Part shown: positions 39,032 through 47,484 of the stretch, piece by piece | Position numbering within the stretch: the stretch's first letter is position 1 | Layout: the number at the start of each line of letters is the position of its first letter | Assembly: GCA_963768175.1 (NCBI GenBank) | Contig: CAVYGQ010000001.1 | Coordinates: forward strand, 254,305-318,304 | From: Candidatus Doudnabacteria bacterium | GTDB taxonomy: Bacteria; Patescibacteriota; Doudnabacteria; UBA920 | DNA: 64,000 bases | Direction of reading: 5' to 3' | The notes under the pieces: model-generated | Told to the model about the DNA's origin: nothing | The model's input: only the letters and a program-made list of their open reading frames with translations | Databases searched by the model: none | Translations under genes and position numbers: made by a program

Positions 39032-39337
39032 TTATCCCGTAACGAGGATGCAGCACGCATCGTCGAAGACGAGCGTTCTATTCTCCGGGTCGTCGCCGGC
39101 TCGCTGAAACCACCAAAGATGAGCGGCGACATCGTGGGCGGCCAGGATCTGCATCGCCTTCATGAAGTCAACAACATAGCCAATATCCAATGTCCGAGGT
39201 TTGCCACTTACTACGTCGGTCACCTGCATGTGGGGATAGGCTTCTTTGATCGGCAATTCGAGACCGACCCAGGCTTTCCTGACTTCCAACGGCGCTTCGC
39301 CACTGGGAACACTGACGATACGAATCCGTTCCTCCAT
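39032..39337 (-). CDS. hypothetical 101-aa protein, compositionally atypical (GC-rich), with its own promoter and SD
   Basis: AGGAGG 6 nt upstream of ATG; TTGCCC-17-TATAGT upstream on the minus strand; codon usage (CTG/GCG/GGC-rich) differs from neighbouring genes. Confidence 0.55.
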   Translation of the reverse strand: MEERIRIVSVPSGEAPLEVRKAWVGLELPIKEAYPHMQVTDVVSGKPRTLDIGYVVDFMKAMQILAAHDVAAHLWWFQRAGDDPENRTLVFDDACCILVTG

Positions 39338-39417
39338 TTCGGCCTCCTATCACAACTATAGTGTAATTCAAATATATGGGCAAGCCTGTTTGCATACCTA
39401 AGCTAAAGTGCTGATCA

Positions 39418-39449
39418 GAAAAACCGCCCTACTCTTAGGGCGGTTTTTT
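39418..39449 (-). terminator. intrinsic terminator downstream of recR
   Basis: aaaaaccgccc...gggcggtttttt. Confidence 0.7.
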
Positions 39450-39524
39450 ATTGATCAATTAATATTCCCTTCTACCTTCCAAAATTTAATGTACATTCAT
39501 ACAGTCGTGTATGAATGTACAAGC

Positions 39525-40139
39525 TTAATATTCACGACGACCTTCCATAGCGCGCATTAAAGTTATATCGTCGGCATACTCTAAATCTCCGCCCATGGGC
39601 AGGCCGCGGGCAATGCGGGTGATTTTTATTTTTGGGCTGGCCGCCTTGATAATTTTGGAAAGATGCATGGCCGTCGTTTCGCCTTCAAGCGACGGATTGG
39701 TTGCGATGATGATCTCGCTGACCGGCTTATCCGCTGACTTGCTTATCCGCTTGATTAATGACTCCACTTCCAAGTTCTCCGGCCCAATCCCTTCCAAAGG
39801 ATTTAGCACCCCACCCAGCACATGGAATACCCCGCTGTATTGTCCGGATTTATCTATGGCCTGCGCGTCCAGCGGCTCTTCCACCACGCAAATTAGGCTT
39901 TGGTCGCGCTTTGGGTCAGTACAAGTATTACAAGGGTCAGCTTCACCCATATTATGGCAAACGGAGCAAAAAACAATGCCTTCTTTAACTTGCGCGATGG
40001 ATTGTGAAAGGTTATTTAAATCTATACTGTCTTCTTTCAACAAATAAAAAGCCAAGCGTTGGGCGGTTTTTGGCCCAATGCCGGGAAGTTTTCCGAGTTC
40101 GTTAATCAATTTTTGGAGGGAGGAGGGGAGTTTGGTCAT
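39525..40139 (-). CDS. recR: recombination protein RecR
   Basis: HhH GIGPKTAQRLA, C4 zinc finger CSVCHN...CNTC, Toprim domain. Confidence 0.9.
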   Translation of the reverse strand: MTKLPSSLQKLINELGKLPGIGPKTAQRLAFYLLKEDSIDLNNLSQSIAQVKEGIVFCSVCHNMGEADPCNTCTDPKRDQSLICVVEEPLDAQAIDKSGQYSGVFHVLGGVLNPLEGIGPENLEVESLIKRISKSADKPVSEIIIATNPSLEGETTAMHLSKIIKAASPKIKITRIARGLPMGGDLEYADDITLMRAMEGRREY

Positions 40140-40240
40140 GAATCATTTTATCATACTATCATTTTAACATTTTAACATAACCGTAAAATTCCAGTTTGAT
40201 AACATGATAAAATGTTAAGATGTTAAGATGTTAAGATGAT

Positions 40241-41632
40241 TTACACCGGTTCTTCCGCCGGGATCATGCCCTCCATTACCGCTTGCGGGGAAACGTCAAA
40301 AGTCCGGTCTAAATTCTTAAACGAGGTCTTGTCCTGGTCAAAATATAAATCTATCTGGCCGGTGGGGCCGTTTCTGTGTTTTTTAATGTGGATTTCCGCG
40401 ATATGCGGGCGCCTGGCATCTTTGCCTTTATACATTTCTTCGCGGTAAATGAACATGACCACGTCCGCGTCCTGTTCAATGCTGCCGGATTCGCGCAAGT
40501 CGGCCAGCTGGGGAACTTTATCGGGACGGCTTTCCACGCCGCGGGATAATTGCGATAAAGCCAACACCGGCACGTTCAGTTCGCGGGCCAGCAGCTTTAA
40601 CGCGCGGGAAATTTCGGAAACTTCCTGCACGCGGTTTTCCTGGTTGCGTCCCTCCATCAATTGTAAATAGTCTACAATAATCAGCCCCGCGCCGTGCTCG
40701 GACTGGAGCCTGCGGGCTTTGGTGCGGAGCTCCATAATGTTGTTGCCGGCGGCGTCATCTATAAAAATAGGGGACTCGCTAAGTTCGCCCATGGCTTTGC
40801 CAATGTGGTCAAAGTCGTCTTCGTTTAAATGGCCGGTGCGGATTTTCCAAAGGTTAACGTCGCTTTGGCTGGAAAGCAGACGGTCCACCAACTGGTCTTT
40901 GCTCATTTCCAGAGAAAAAATTCCCACCGGCACTTTAACGTTTACCGCGACATGCCGCATAATGTCCAAAGCCAAGGAAGTCTTCCCCATAGAGGGGCGC
41001 GCGGCCAAAACCACCAAGTCCGATTTTTGCAAACCGCCAAGCAAGTTATCCAAATCCACGTAGCCAGTGGGAAGACCTCGCAATTTCCCTTTTTCACGAT
41101 GCAACTCGTCTATCCTTTCAAAGGTGGCGTGCAAAATATTGCCAATGGGGACAAAATTTTGTTTTAAATGTTTTTGCGAAATGCTGAATAATTTTTGTTC
41201 GGCAATATCTAAAATATCTTCCATTTCGCCTTCTTCCTTAAACGCGATATTGGAAATTTCTCCGGCGGCGGTAATTAATTTTCTTAACGTGCCTTTTTTC
41301 CGCACAATATAAGCGTAATGGGTTACGTGCGCGGCCGAGGGCACCGCGTTGACCAGCTGGGTTAAGTAAGAGCTGCCGCCGACTTTATCCAATAACTTTT
41401 TTTCTTCCAACCAGTTGGTCACGGTTAAAATATCAATTGAGGTATTTTTGGTATATAAATCCAAAATCGCCTCAAAAATCTGCTTGTTCTTTTCGTCGTA
41501 AAAATGGTCCGCGCTGACAATGTCGCCGATCTTGATAATCGCATCTTTATCCAGCATTAAACAACCGAGTACCGACATTTCGGCGTCCAGGTTTTGCGGC
41601 GGCATTCTTTGAATGAAGGAATTATCAGCCAT
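40241..41632 (-). CDS. dnaB: replicative DNA helicase DnaB
   Basis: N-terminal domain LPPQNLDAEMSVLG, RecA-like core GARPSMGKTSLAL, SLEMS, DYLQLM. Confidence 0.92.
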   Translation of the reverse strand: MADNSFIQRMPPQNLDAEMSVLGCLMLDKDAIIKIGDIVSADHFYDEKNKQIFEAILDLYTKNTSIDILTVTNWLEEKKLLDKVGGSSYLTQLVNAVPSAAHVTHYAYIVRKKGTLRKLITAAGEISNIAFKEEGEMEDILDIAEQKLFSISQKHLKQNFVPIGNILHATFERIDELHREKGKLRGLPTGYVDLDNLLGGLQKSDLVVLAARPSMGKTSLALDIMRHVAVNVKVPVGIFSLEMSKDQLVDRLLSSQSDVNLWKIRTGHLNEDDFDHIGKAMGELSESPIFIDDAAGNNIMELRTKARRLQSEHGAGLIIVDYLQLMEGRNQENRVQEVSEISRALKLLARELNVPVLALSQLSRGVESRPDKVPQLADLRESGSIEQDADVVMFIYREEMYKGKDARRPHIAEIHIKKHRNGPTGQIDLYFDQDKTSFKNLDRTFDVSPQAVMEGMIPAEEPV

Positions 41633-41921
41633 ACAAATCGTTTCCCTCTCCCTCCTGCAAGTCCGCCGAAGCTTCAGCGAAGGCGGATGGGAGAGGGATT
41701 AAAAGTGAGGGTTAAAAAGTAAGATAATACCATTATAGCCTGTTTCTCGTAGCCTTCCAAGACCAAAAATAGGCCAAAATCGGCCTATTTTGTGGGTATA
41801 GTGGGGAATACAGGTGGATGCCCCATTAGAGAATAACCAATAGTCTTATTTGATTGCCGTCGGTTCCAAACAGCAAGCCTTTATCATCGGCTTATTGATA
41901 ACATTCTCTAACGGGGTAAAC

Positions 41922-43301
41922 CTAAATTTGCAGCTTTTTCTTGACCTTTTGCCCTTCCGGCGTATCCATAACCTCATAGCCCAAGGCTTCTATTTGTTTT
42001 CTAAGTTTGTCTGATTTTACGAAATCTTTCTTCTGTTTTGCTTCATTTCTTTGGTCAAGCAATTTTGTTATCTCGCTCGGAATTATATTTGCTTTTTCTT
42101 CTTTTAACTTTAATGCGGAAACTAATTCGATTTTGTCGAGCAACTTTTCATCAGCAGTTTCAATTGCACCTCTTAGTAAAGGAAGGATCGCGGAAATATT
42201 TAAATCTTGGTTTATTCTACTTTCAAAATTTTCCAAAAGCCCCTTGGACAATTTCTCATCGAATTTACCTAAATATTTAGCTTTCTCAGATAATCTTTCC
42301 CTGCCTGTTTTTGCTGATTCTAGACTAAATATCGTAAAATTTTGTTGAAGATTATAAGTGGTATCAAAAAATACAGAACGCAAATCTAAACCATCAAATC
42401 CTTTTTCCTTTAAATCTTTCAGTGTATAAAAATTCCCCGCGCTCTTGGACATTTTTTTGCCGTCAACCAATAGGTGCTCGGAATGAAACCAATGCTTAAC
42501 AAAATTGCCTTTACCGACCAAAGCTTGCGACTGCGCGATTTCGTTGGTGTGGTGGGGGAAGATTAAGTCTACGCCGCCGGTGTGGATATCGGTGGGTTCG
42601 CCGTTGAAGCCGATTTGGTTTATCACCGAGCATTCAATGTGCCAACCCGGGCGGCCTTTGCCCAAAGACGGATGATCCCAATAAATGTTGGCGTCGGTAG
42701 ATTTATCCCAGGCTTTCCAAAGCGCGAAGTCTGATAAATTTTCTTTTTCATATTCGTCTACGGCCACGCGGGCGCCGACTTTTTTGCCTTCCAAAAATTT
42801 ATGCCCGACCAATTCGCCGTAATCGCCAAAATCTTTTTGGTATTTTTCAATGCTGAAATAAGTACTGCCGTCTTCGGCTTTGTAGGCATAGCCTTTCTCT
42901 ATCAGCTTGACAGTAAAATCCTGGACTTGCGGAATAACCTCAGTCACGCGGATAAATGTGATTTCGTCTTTTAAAACATTAACCCCCCCCAAATCTTTTA
43001 AAAATTTGTCCAAATAAAAGTTGGTAAACTCCCGTAAATTTTCTACCGTAGCGTTATTGCCATGTTTGGCAATCGTGCTTTTGATGGTTTTGTCATCTAT
43101 GTCTGTGACATTCATAACCCACTTGGGTTTGTAGCCGTCATATTTTAAAGTCCGATACAATAAATCGGCCATAATGTAACTGCGCAGATTGCCGATGTGC
43201 GCGTAATTATAAACCGTCGGCCCGCAAGTATAAAGGTTAAAGTGATCCTTTTTCGGGATTTCTTCAATTTTTCTGGACAGGGTATCGTAAAGTTTTAGCA
43301 T
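41922..43301 (-). CDS. cysS: cysteine--tRNA ligase
   Basis: HIGN (HIGH) and KMSKS motifs; class I catalytic core. Confidence 0.9.
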   Translation of the reverse strand: MLKLYDTLSRKIEEIPKKDHFNLYTCGPTVYNYAHIGNLRSYIMADLLYRTLKYDGYKPKWVMNVTDIDDKTIKSTIAKHGNNATVENLREFTNFYLDKFLKDLGGVNVLKDEITFIRVTEVIPQVQDFTVKLIEKGYAYKAEDGSTYFSIEKYQKDFGDYGELVGHKFLEGKKVGARVAVDEYEKENLSDFALWKAWDKSTDANIYWDHPSLGKGRPGWHIECSVINQIGFNGEPTDIHTGGVDLIFPHHTNEIAQSQALVGKGNFVKHWFHSEHLLVDGKKMSKSAGNFYTLKDLKEKGFDGLDLRSVFFDTTYNLQQNFTIFSLESAKTGRERLSEKAKYLGKFDEKLSKGLLENFESRINQDLNISAILPLLRGAIETADEKLLDKIELVSALKLKEEKANIIPSEITKLLDQRNEAKQKKDFVKSDKLRKQIEALGYEVMDTPEGQKVKKKLQI

Positions 43302-43339
43302 ACAACTATTTTAACAAAAAAGCTTCCGTTTTGGAAGCT

Positions 43340-45058
43340 TTAACGGCCATCGGTAAGTAAAATTTTCATATGCTGTTCGCGCAGTTTCCTAAGGTCAAAC
43401 GCCGCCTGTTTGCCTTCCAAAATTTTGGCCAAATGCATGCCGCCCATAAAATGCGGGGAAATAACGTAATCCACGCCTTCCTCATAAAACGCTTTGGTTT
43501 CCGTTTCATCCTGCGCGACAAAAATCAGCTTAGGCTTATACTGCTTACCCAAAGCCACCCTTCTTATGGCATGCAACAAAGCCATGTTATCAACAAAATC
43601 CGGCACCGTGGAAATTACCATTTTGGCTTTGGGCAAATTTACCTGCTCCTGGATAAAGCTGTCCGTAATGTCACCGCACAAGGCTAAAATTTCTTTTTCC
43701 GCATAAAATTCCGCGATTTCCGGATTAAAATCCACCACCACAAAAGGCGTTTTTTGACTTTGCAAAGTTTCAATTAAATGATGCCCAAGCCGGTGCGCTC
43801 CCACTAAAATAATATGATTCTTTAAAACCACATTATGCAAATGCTTTTCCGCGGCGCCCTTGCGGAAGTCAAAAATTTTAAGCAGGGGATGCAGCCGATC
43901 ATAAATCTTTCCGGCGTACATAATCAGGTAGGAAGATATGGCAATGGTTATCATGCCAATTAAAGTAACCAGGCTGACTTCGCTTTGCGATAAATTCCCC
44001 GAGGCGTAAGCCGCGCTGACCAAAATCAAACTAAACTCGGAGATTTGCCCCACCGTCACTCCGGCCAAAAAACTGGTCCTGGGCTTATAGCCGAACAGGC
44101 CGAGCAGAATCATAACAATTATAGGATTGCCGATGAGTACAAACAGAGAAAGAATAATTGCCGGGCGGGCCATTGTGCTTAAATTATTCAGCGCCAGGCC
44201 GGAGCCCAAAACGATAAAAAAGATAATAATAAAAAAGTCGCGGATCGGCTTGATTTTTCCGCCTATTTCATAATGCACCCCGGATCTTGCCAAAGACAGC
44301 CCAGCCAAAAACCCGCCGATTTCCAAACTAAAGCCCATTATGGGGGAGGCGACAAAGGACGCCAGCCCCAAAGCCCAGGCCAAGGAAACCACCAGCATCA
44401 ACTCGTCGTTTTTGCCGATGTATTCCATAATTTTGGGAAAAACTTTGGCGCTTAACCACCAAACCACCAAAATTAAAATCAGTCCCCGAACCAATGCCAT
44501 AATAATGTTCTCCCACAGCGGGAGGTTGGTATAAATACTGCCGCTGTTTGGCTGAAGGCTGGACAGGGAAATTAAAATTAATATGGCGACAAAATCCTGC
44601 GTCAAAAAAATACCCACAACCAGTTTACCGTAAAGGCTTTGTAGGTCTTTTTTCTCGCCCAAAAGTTTTACCACGATTATAGTGGAGGAAAAAGTCAGGG
44701 CGGGAGCGATGAATAAAGACGAAACCGCGCTAAACCCCAAAGCCCGCAAAATGCCGTAGCCAATTATGCTGGTAAAAAATACCTGGCCAAGCCCGGCTAG
44801 TAGCGCGGTTTTGCCGATGCGTTTTAGCTGGCCAATATCCAGCTGCAGGCCGACCATAAAGAGCAGCAAGGTTATGCCGATTTGCGCCAAAGCCGAAAAC
44901 ACGTCGCCCTGCTGCAGGCGATAATAGCCCAACGGCCCGACAATTAAACCGGTAAGGATGTAAGCGATGATGCTGGGCTGCTTAAGCAGGCTGACGATAA
45001 AAGATATCAGCCCCGCCAGAATTAAAACCGTTGTGAGTTCAAAAAAAATCCCGTTCAT
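43340..45058 (-). CDS. CPA2-family monovalent cation:proton antiporter (KefB/KefC-like) with a C-terminal RCK/TrkA-N domain
   Basis: 12-13 TM helices, then VGAHRLGHHLIETL Rossmann-like RCK domain. Confidence 0.75.
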   Translation of the reverse strand: MNGIFFELTTVLILAGLISFIVSLLKQPSIIAYILTGLIVGPLGYYRLQQGDVFSALAQIGITLLLFMVGLQLDIGQLKRIGKTALLAGLGQVFFTSIIGYGILRALGFSAVSSLFIAPALTFSSTIIVVKLLGEKKDLQSLYGKLVVGIFLTQDFVAILILISLSSLQPNSGSIYTNLPLWENIIMALVRGLILILVVWWLSAKVFPKIMEYIGKNDELMLVVSLAWALGLASFVASPIMGFSLEIGGFLAGLSLARSGVHYEIGGKIKPIRDFFIIIFFIVLGSGLALNNLSTMARPAIILSLFVLIGNPIIVMILLGLFGYKPRTSFLAGVTVGQISEFSLILVSAAYASGNLSQSEVSLVTLIGMITIAISSYLIMYAGKIYDRLHPLLKIFDFRKGAAEKHLHNVVLKNHIILVGAHRLGHHLIETLQSQKTPFVVVDFNPEIAEFYAEKEILALCGDITDSFIQEQVNLPKAKMVISTVPDFVDNMALLHAIRRVALGKQYKPKLIFVAQDETETKAFYEEGVDYVISPHFMGGMHLAKILEGKQAAFDLRKLREQHMKILLTDGR

Positions 45059-45237
45059 TTAAAATTTTTGCTTTTTGATTTCTAATGCAAGAATTTTAAA
45101 TATTATAACACAACTTGACCCCGTTAGAAAAGCCAATGACCGTTTACCACAAAAAAGTAGGCGTTTTTAGTGGGGTTTTGACCTAAAATTCGTTTTTTAA
45201 TTTTCTAACGGGGTTGATAAAAAGCCAAAATTAAGCT

Positions 45238-45352
45238 AAAATAAATCCAGCACCTTCCGGAATACCCCGCAGCTCTGCTCTATGGATAAATGATTTTAAT
45301 AAAATATTTCTATATAGTTGGATACTCAGCAGGAAGGTGCTGGATAAATACA
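45238..45352. repeat. Family-3 inverted-repeat element (ATAAATCCAGCACCTTCC ... GGAAGGTGCTGGATAAATA), intergenic upstream of adk
   Basis: 18-19-bp TIRs flanking about 73 bp; related copy at 58937-59047. Confidence 0.7.
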
Positions 45353-45365
45353 TTAACTTAATACC

Positions 45366-45938
45366 ATGGAATTAAATACAATATTTTTCATTGGACCGCA
45401 AGGAAGCGGCAAAGGCACGCAGGCAAAAATTTTGGCCAAGCGTTTGGATTTTTTCTATTGGGAAATGGGGGGGATTTTGCGCGAAGTGGCGGCAGGGGAT
45501 ACCATTTTGGGCATTAGGATTAAAAACTTGATAGATTCCGGGGTGCTTTTGCAAGATGACGATTTATACCAGGTGGTAAAAATGCGCCTTGGCGAAATCC
45601 CAAAAACCAAGGGGGTAATTTTTGACGGGATCCCCAGGCGCCTCGGACAGGCGGAATTCTTGCTTGATTTCCTAAAAAAGCAGGGGAGAGATAATTTTAC
45701 GACCCTTTATGTAAGTTTGCCGCGCGAGGAATCGCTGGCCCGCCTGCTTAAACGCGCCGAAACAGAAAAGCGCGCCGACGACACAAAAGAAAAAATAGAG
45801 TTTCGACTCAAGCAATACGAGGAAGAAACATTGCCGGTTTTGGATTTCCTAAAGCAAAATTCCCAATTTTTTGAAATTGACGGGACACCATCGATTGAAG
45901 AAGTGGTAAAAAAAATTAGCCAGACTTTGGGTCTGTAA
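45366..45938 (+). CDS. adk: adenylate kinase (short form)
   Basis: GPQGSGKGTQA P-loop; NMP-binding and short LID regions. Confidence 0.85.
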   Translation: MELNTIFFIGPQGSGKGTQAKILAKRLDFFYWEMGGILREVAAGDTILGIRIKNLIDSGVLLQDDDLYQVVKMRLGEIPKTKGVIFDGIPRRLGQAEFLLDFLKKQGRDNFTTLYVSLPREESLARLLKRAETEKRADDTKEKIEFRLKQYEEETLPVLDFLKQNSQFFEIDGTPSIEEVVKKISQTLGL

Positions 45939-45973
45939 ACAATAGGCACCGTTGTGCTATACAACGGTGCCCA

Positions 45974-46609
45974 TTGTGTAAAAAAATGTTTATGAATAAA
46001 ATGGGTTCGCAACCATTAAATATCATTCTTCTGGGTGACCCAGCGTCCGGGAAAGCCACTCACGGCGCGTTTTTGGCCAAAAAGTACCGGCTTTACGATT
46101 TGGACATGGGTAAGGAATTGCGCTCGCTGGAGCACAACCTCCCGCTGCGGAAAAAATACCGGCTGAATAAAACCTTGGACAGCGGCAAACTTACGCCCAC
46201 GGAATTGGTCAGAAACCTGCTGCACGACAGAATTCACTCTACCGAAAAAAAACGCGGCATCCTTTTTGACGGCACACCCAAAATGCTGGGAGAGGCCAAG
46301 CTGGTGGCCAAATGGCTTAGGCAGGAAAAGCGCAATCGTGTGCTTTTTATTTATTTGTCCATACCGATACAGGAAACCATCCGCCGCATGACAAGCCGCA
46401 AAACTTATTTTAAAGGAAAGTTCTCCAAAAGGCCGGACGACAACGGCAAAGCTTTAAAAAACCGGATTGCTTACTACAAAAAAAATATTACGGAAGTCGT
46501 GGCATTTTTCAAAAAACATTATCCATTTATAAAAATTTCGACCATGGGCAGCATACCGGAGGCAAGAGAAAGATTAAAAGAAAAGCTGCAAAATTTTAAT
46601 ACCGATTAA
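45974..46609 (+). CDS. adenylate kinase-family paralogue (divergent P-loop GDPASGKAT)
   Basis: Collinear with Adk but P-loop altered; start could be an internal Met (45986/45992). Confidence 0.6.
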   Translation: MCKKMFMNKMGSQPLNIILLGDPASGKATHGAFLAKKYRLYDLDMGKELRSLEHNLPLRKKYRLNKTLDSGKLTPTELVRNLLHDRIHSTEKKRGILFDGTPKMLGEAKLVAKWLRQEKRNRVLFIYLSIPIQETIRRMTSRKTYFKGKFSKRPDDNGKALKNRIAYYKKNITEVVAFFKKHYPFIKISTMGSIPEARERLKEKLQNFNTD

Positions 46610-46621
46610 TTTTTACCTTGT

Positions 46622-46653
46622 TGACAAAACGCGCGGCCGCGCGTTTTGTCAAC
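46622..46653. promoter_or_regulatory. 32-bp perfect palindrome (ttgacaaaacgcgcgg/ccgcgcgttttgtcaa) between the adk paralogue and map
   Basis: Perfect dyad; could serve as terminator and/or operator. Confidence 0.5.
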
Positions 46654-46664
46654 AGATACCCAAA

Positions 46665-47426
46665 ATGAAAAAAGGGTTAATTAAATCCCCATCGGAAATA
46701 AATATTATTGCCGAGGGCGGCAGGCTTATTCATAACATTTTATACGCCACAGCCGAGCTGGTCAGGCCCGGCATTTCTACGTGGGAGCTAAACGAATTTG
46801 CGGAAAAGGAAATAGAAAAAATCGGCGGGCGGCCGAGCTTTAAAAATTACGGCCCAAAAAAGAATCCCTTTCCCGCGGGGCTTTGCACCTCGGTAAACTC
46901 CGTTGTGGTCCACGGCATACCATCACGGAATACGATTTTAAAAGCCGGCGACCTTATCGGCCTGGACATTGGCATGGAATACAAAGGATTGTTTACCGAT
47001 ACCGCAATTACCGTCCCGGTCGGCAAAATATCAGAGACGGCCAAAAAATTAATAGACGTTACTAAAAAATCTTTATTTGCCGCCATTGACCAAGCCAAAG
47101 CGGGTAACACTACCGGCGATATAGCTTTTGCCACGCAAAAAACCGCCGAGGCGGCCGGTTTTTCCGCGATTCGCGATTTGGTCGGCCACGGCGTGGGCTA
47201 CGATGTGCACGAAGACCCAGCCGTGCCGAATTTTGGCAAAAAAGGCACCGGGGAAATTTTACGGGAAGGTATGGTTTTGGCCATTGAACCCATGATTTGC
47301 GAGCACGAATACTTTGTGCAATTTGAACCCAACGGCTGGGCCATTTCCACCCGTGACGGCGGCTTGGCCGCGCACTTTGAACACACAATTGCCATAACCA
47401 AAAACGGGGCGAGGATATTGACATAG
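46665..47426 (+). CDS. map: type I methionine aminopeptidase
   Basis: Pita-bread fold metal ligands D...D...H...E...E; VVVHGIP, GHGVG. Confidence 0.9.
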   Translation: MKKGLIKSPSEINIIAEGGRLIHNILYATAELVRPGISTWELNEFAEKEIEKIGGRPSFKNYGPKKNPFPAGLCTSVNSVVVHGIPSRNTILKAGDLIGLDIGMEYKGLFTDTAITVPVGKISETAKKLIDVTKKSLFAAIDQAKAGNTTGDIAFATQKTAEAAGFSAIRDLVGHGVGYDVHEDPAVPNFGKKGTGEILREGMVLAIEPMICEHEYFVQFEPNGWAISTRDGGLAAHFEHTIAITKNGARILT

Positions 47427-47450
47427 CAGATCCTTCGCTTCGCTTAGGAT

Positions 47451-47484
47451 AAAAAATTGGCGGCCGCCCGGCCGCCAATTTTCA
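47451..47484. terminator. bidirectional hairpin between map and thrS (convergent genes)
   Basis: aaaattggcggccgcccggccgccaatttt; preceded by a Family-2 repeat fragment. Confidence 0.65.

Noticed and set aside
38969-39361. 130-aa plus-strand ORF overlapping the GC-rich gene
   Set aside because: The opposite-strand ORF (39032-39337) has the SD, the promoter and a coherent hydrophobicity pattern, so the plus-strand frame is taken as a shadow ORF.
40212-40238. gttaagat ×3 tandem repeat and cattttaa ×2 between recR and dnaB. CRISPR was considered
   Set aside because: The units are 8 bp with no spacers, and no other CRISPR-like array exists in the window. This is simple AT-rich microsatellite/promoter sequence.
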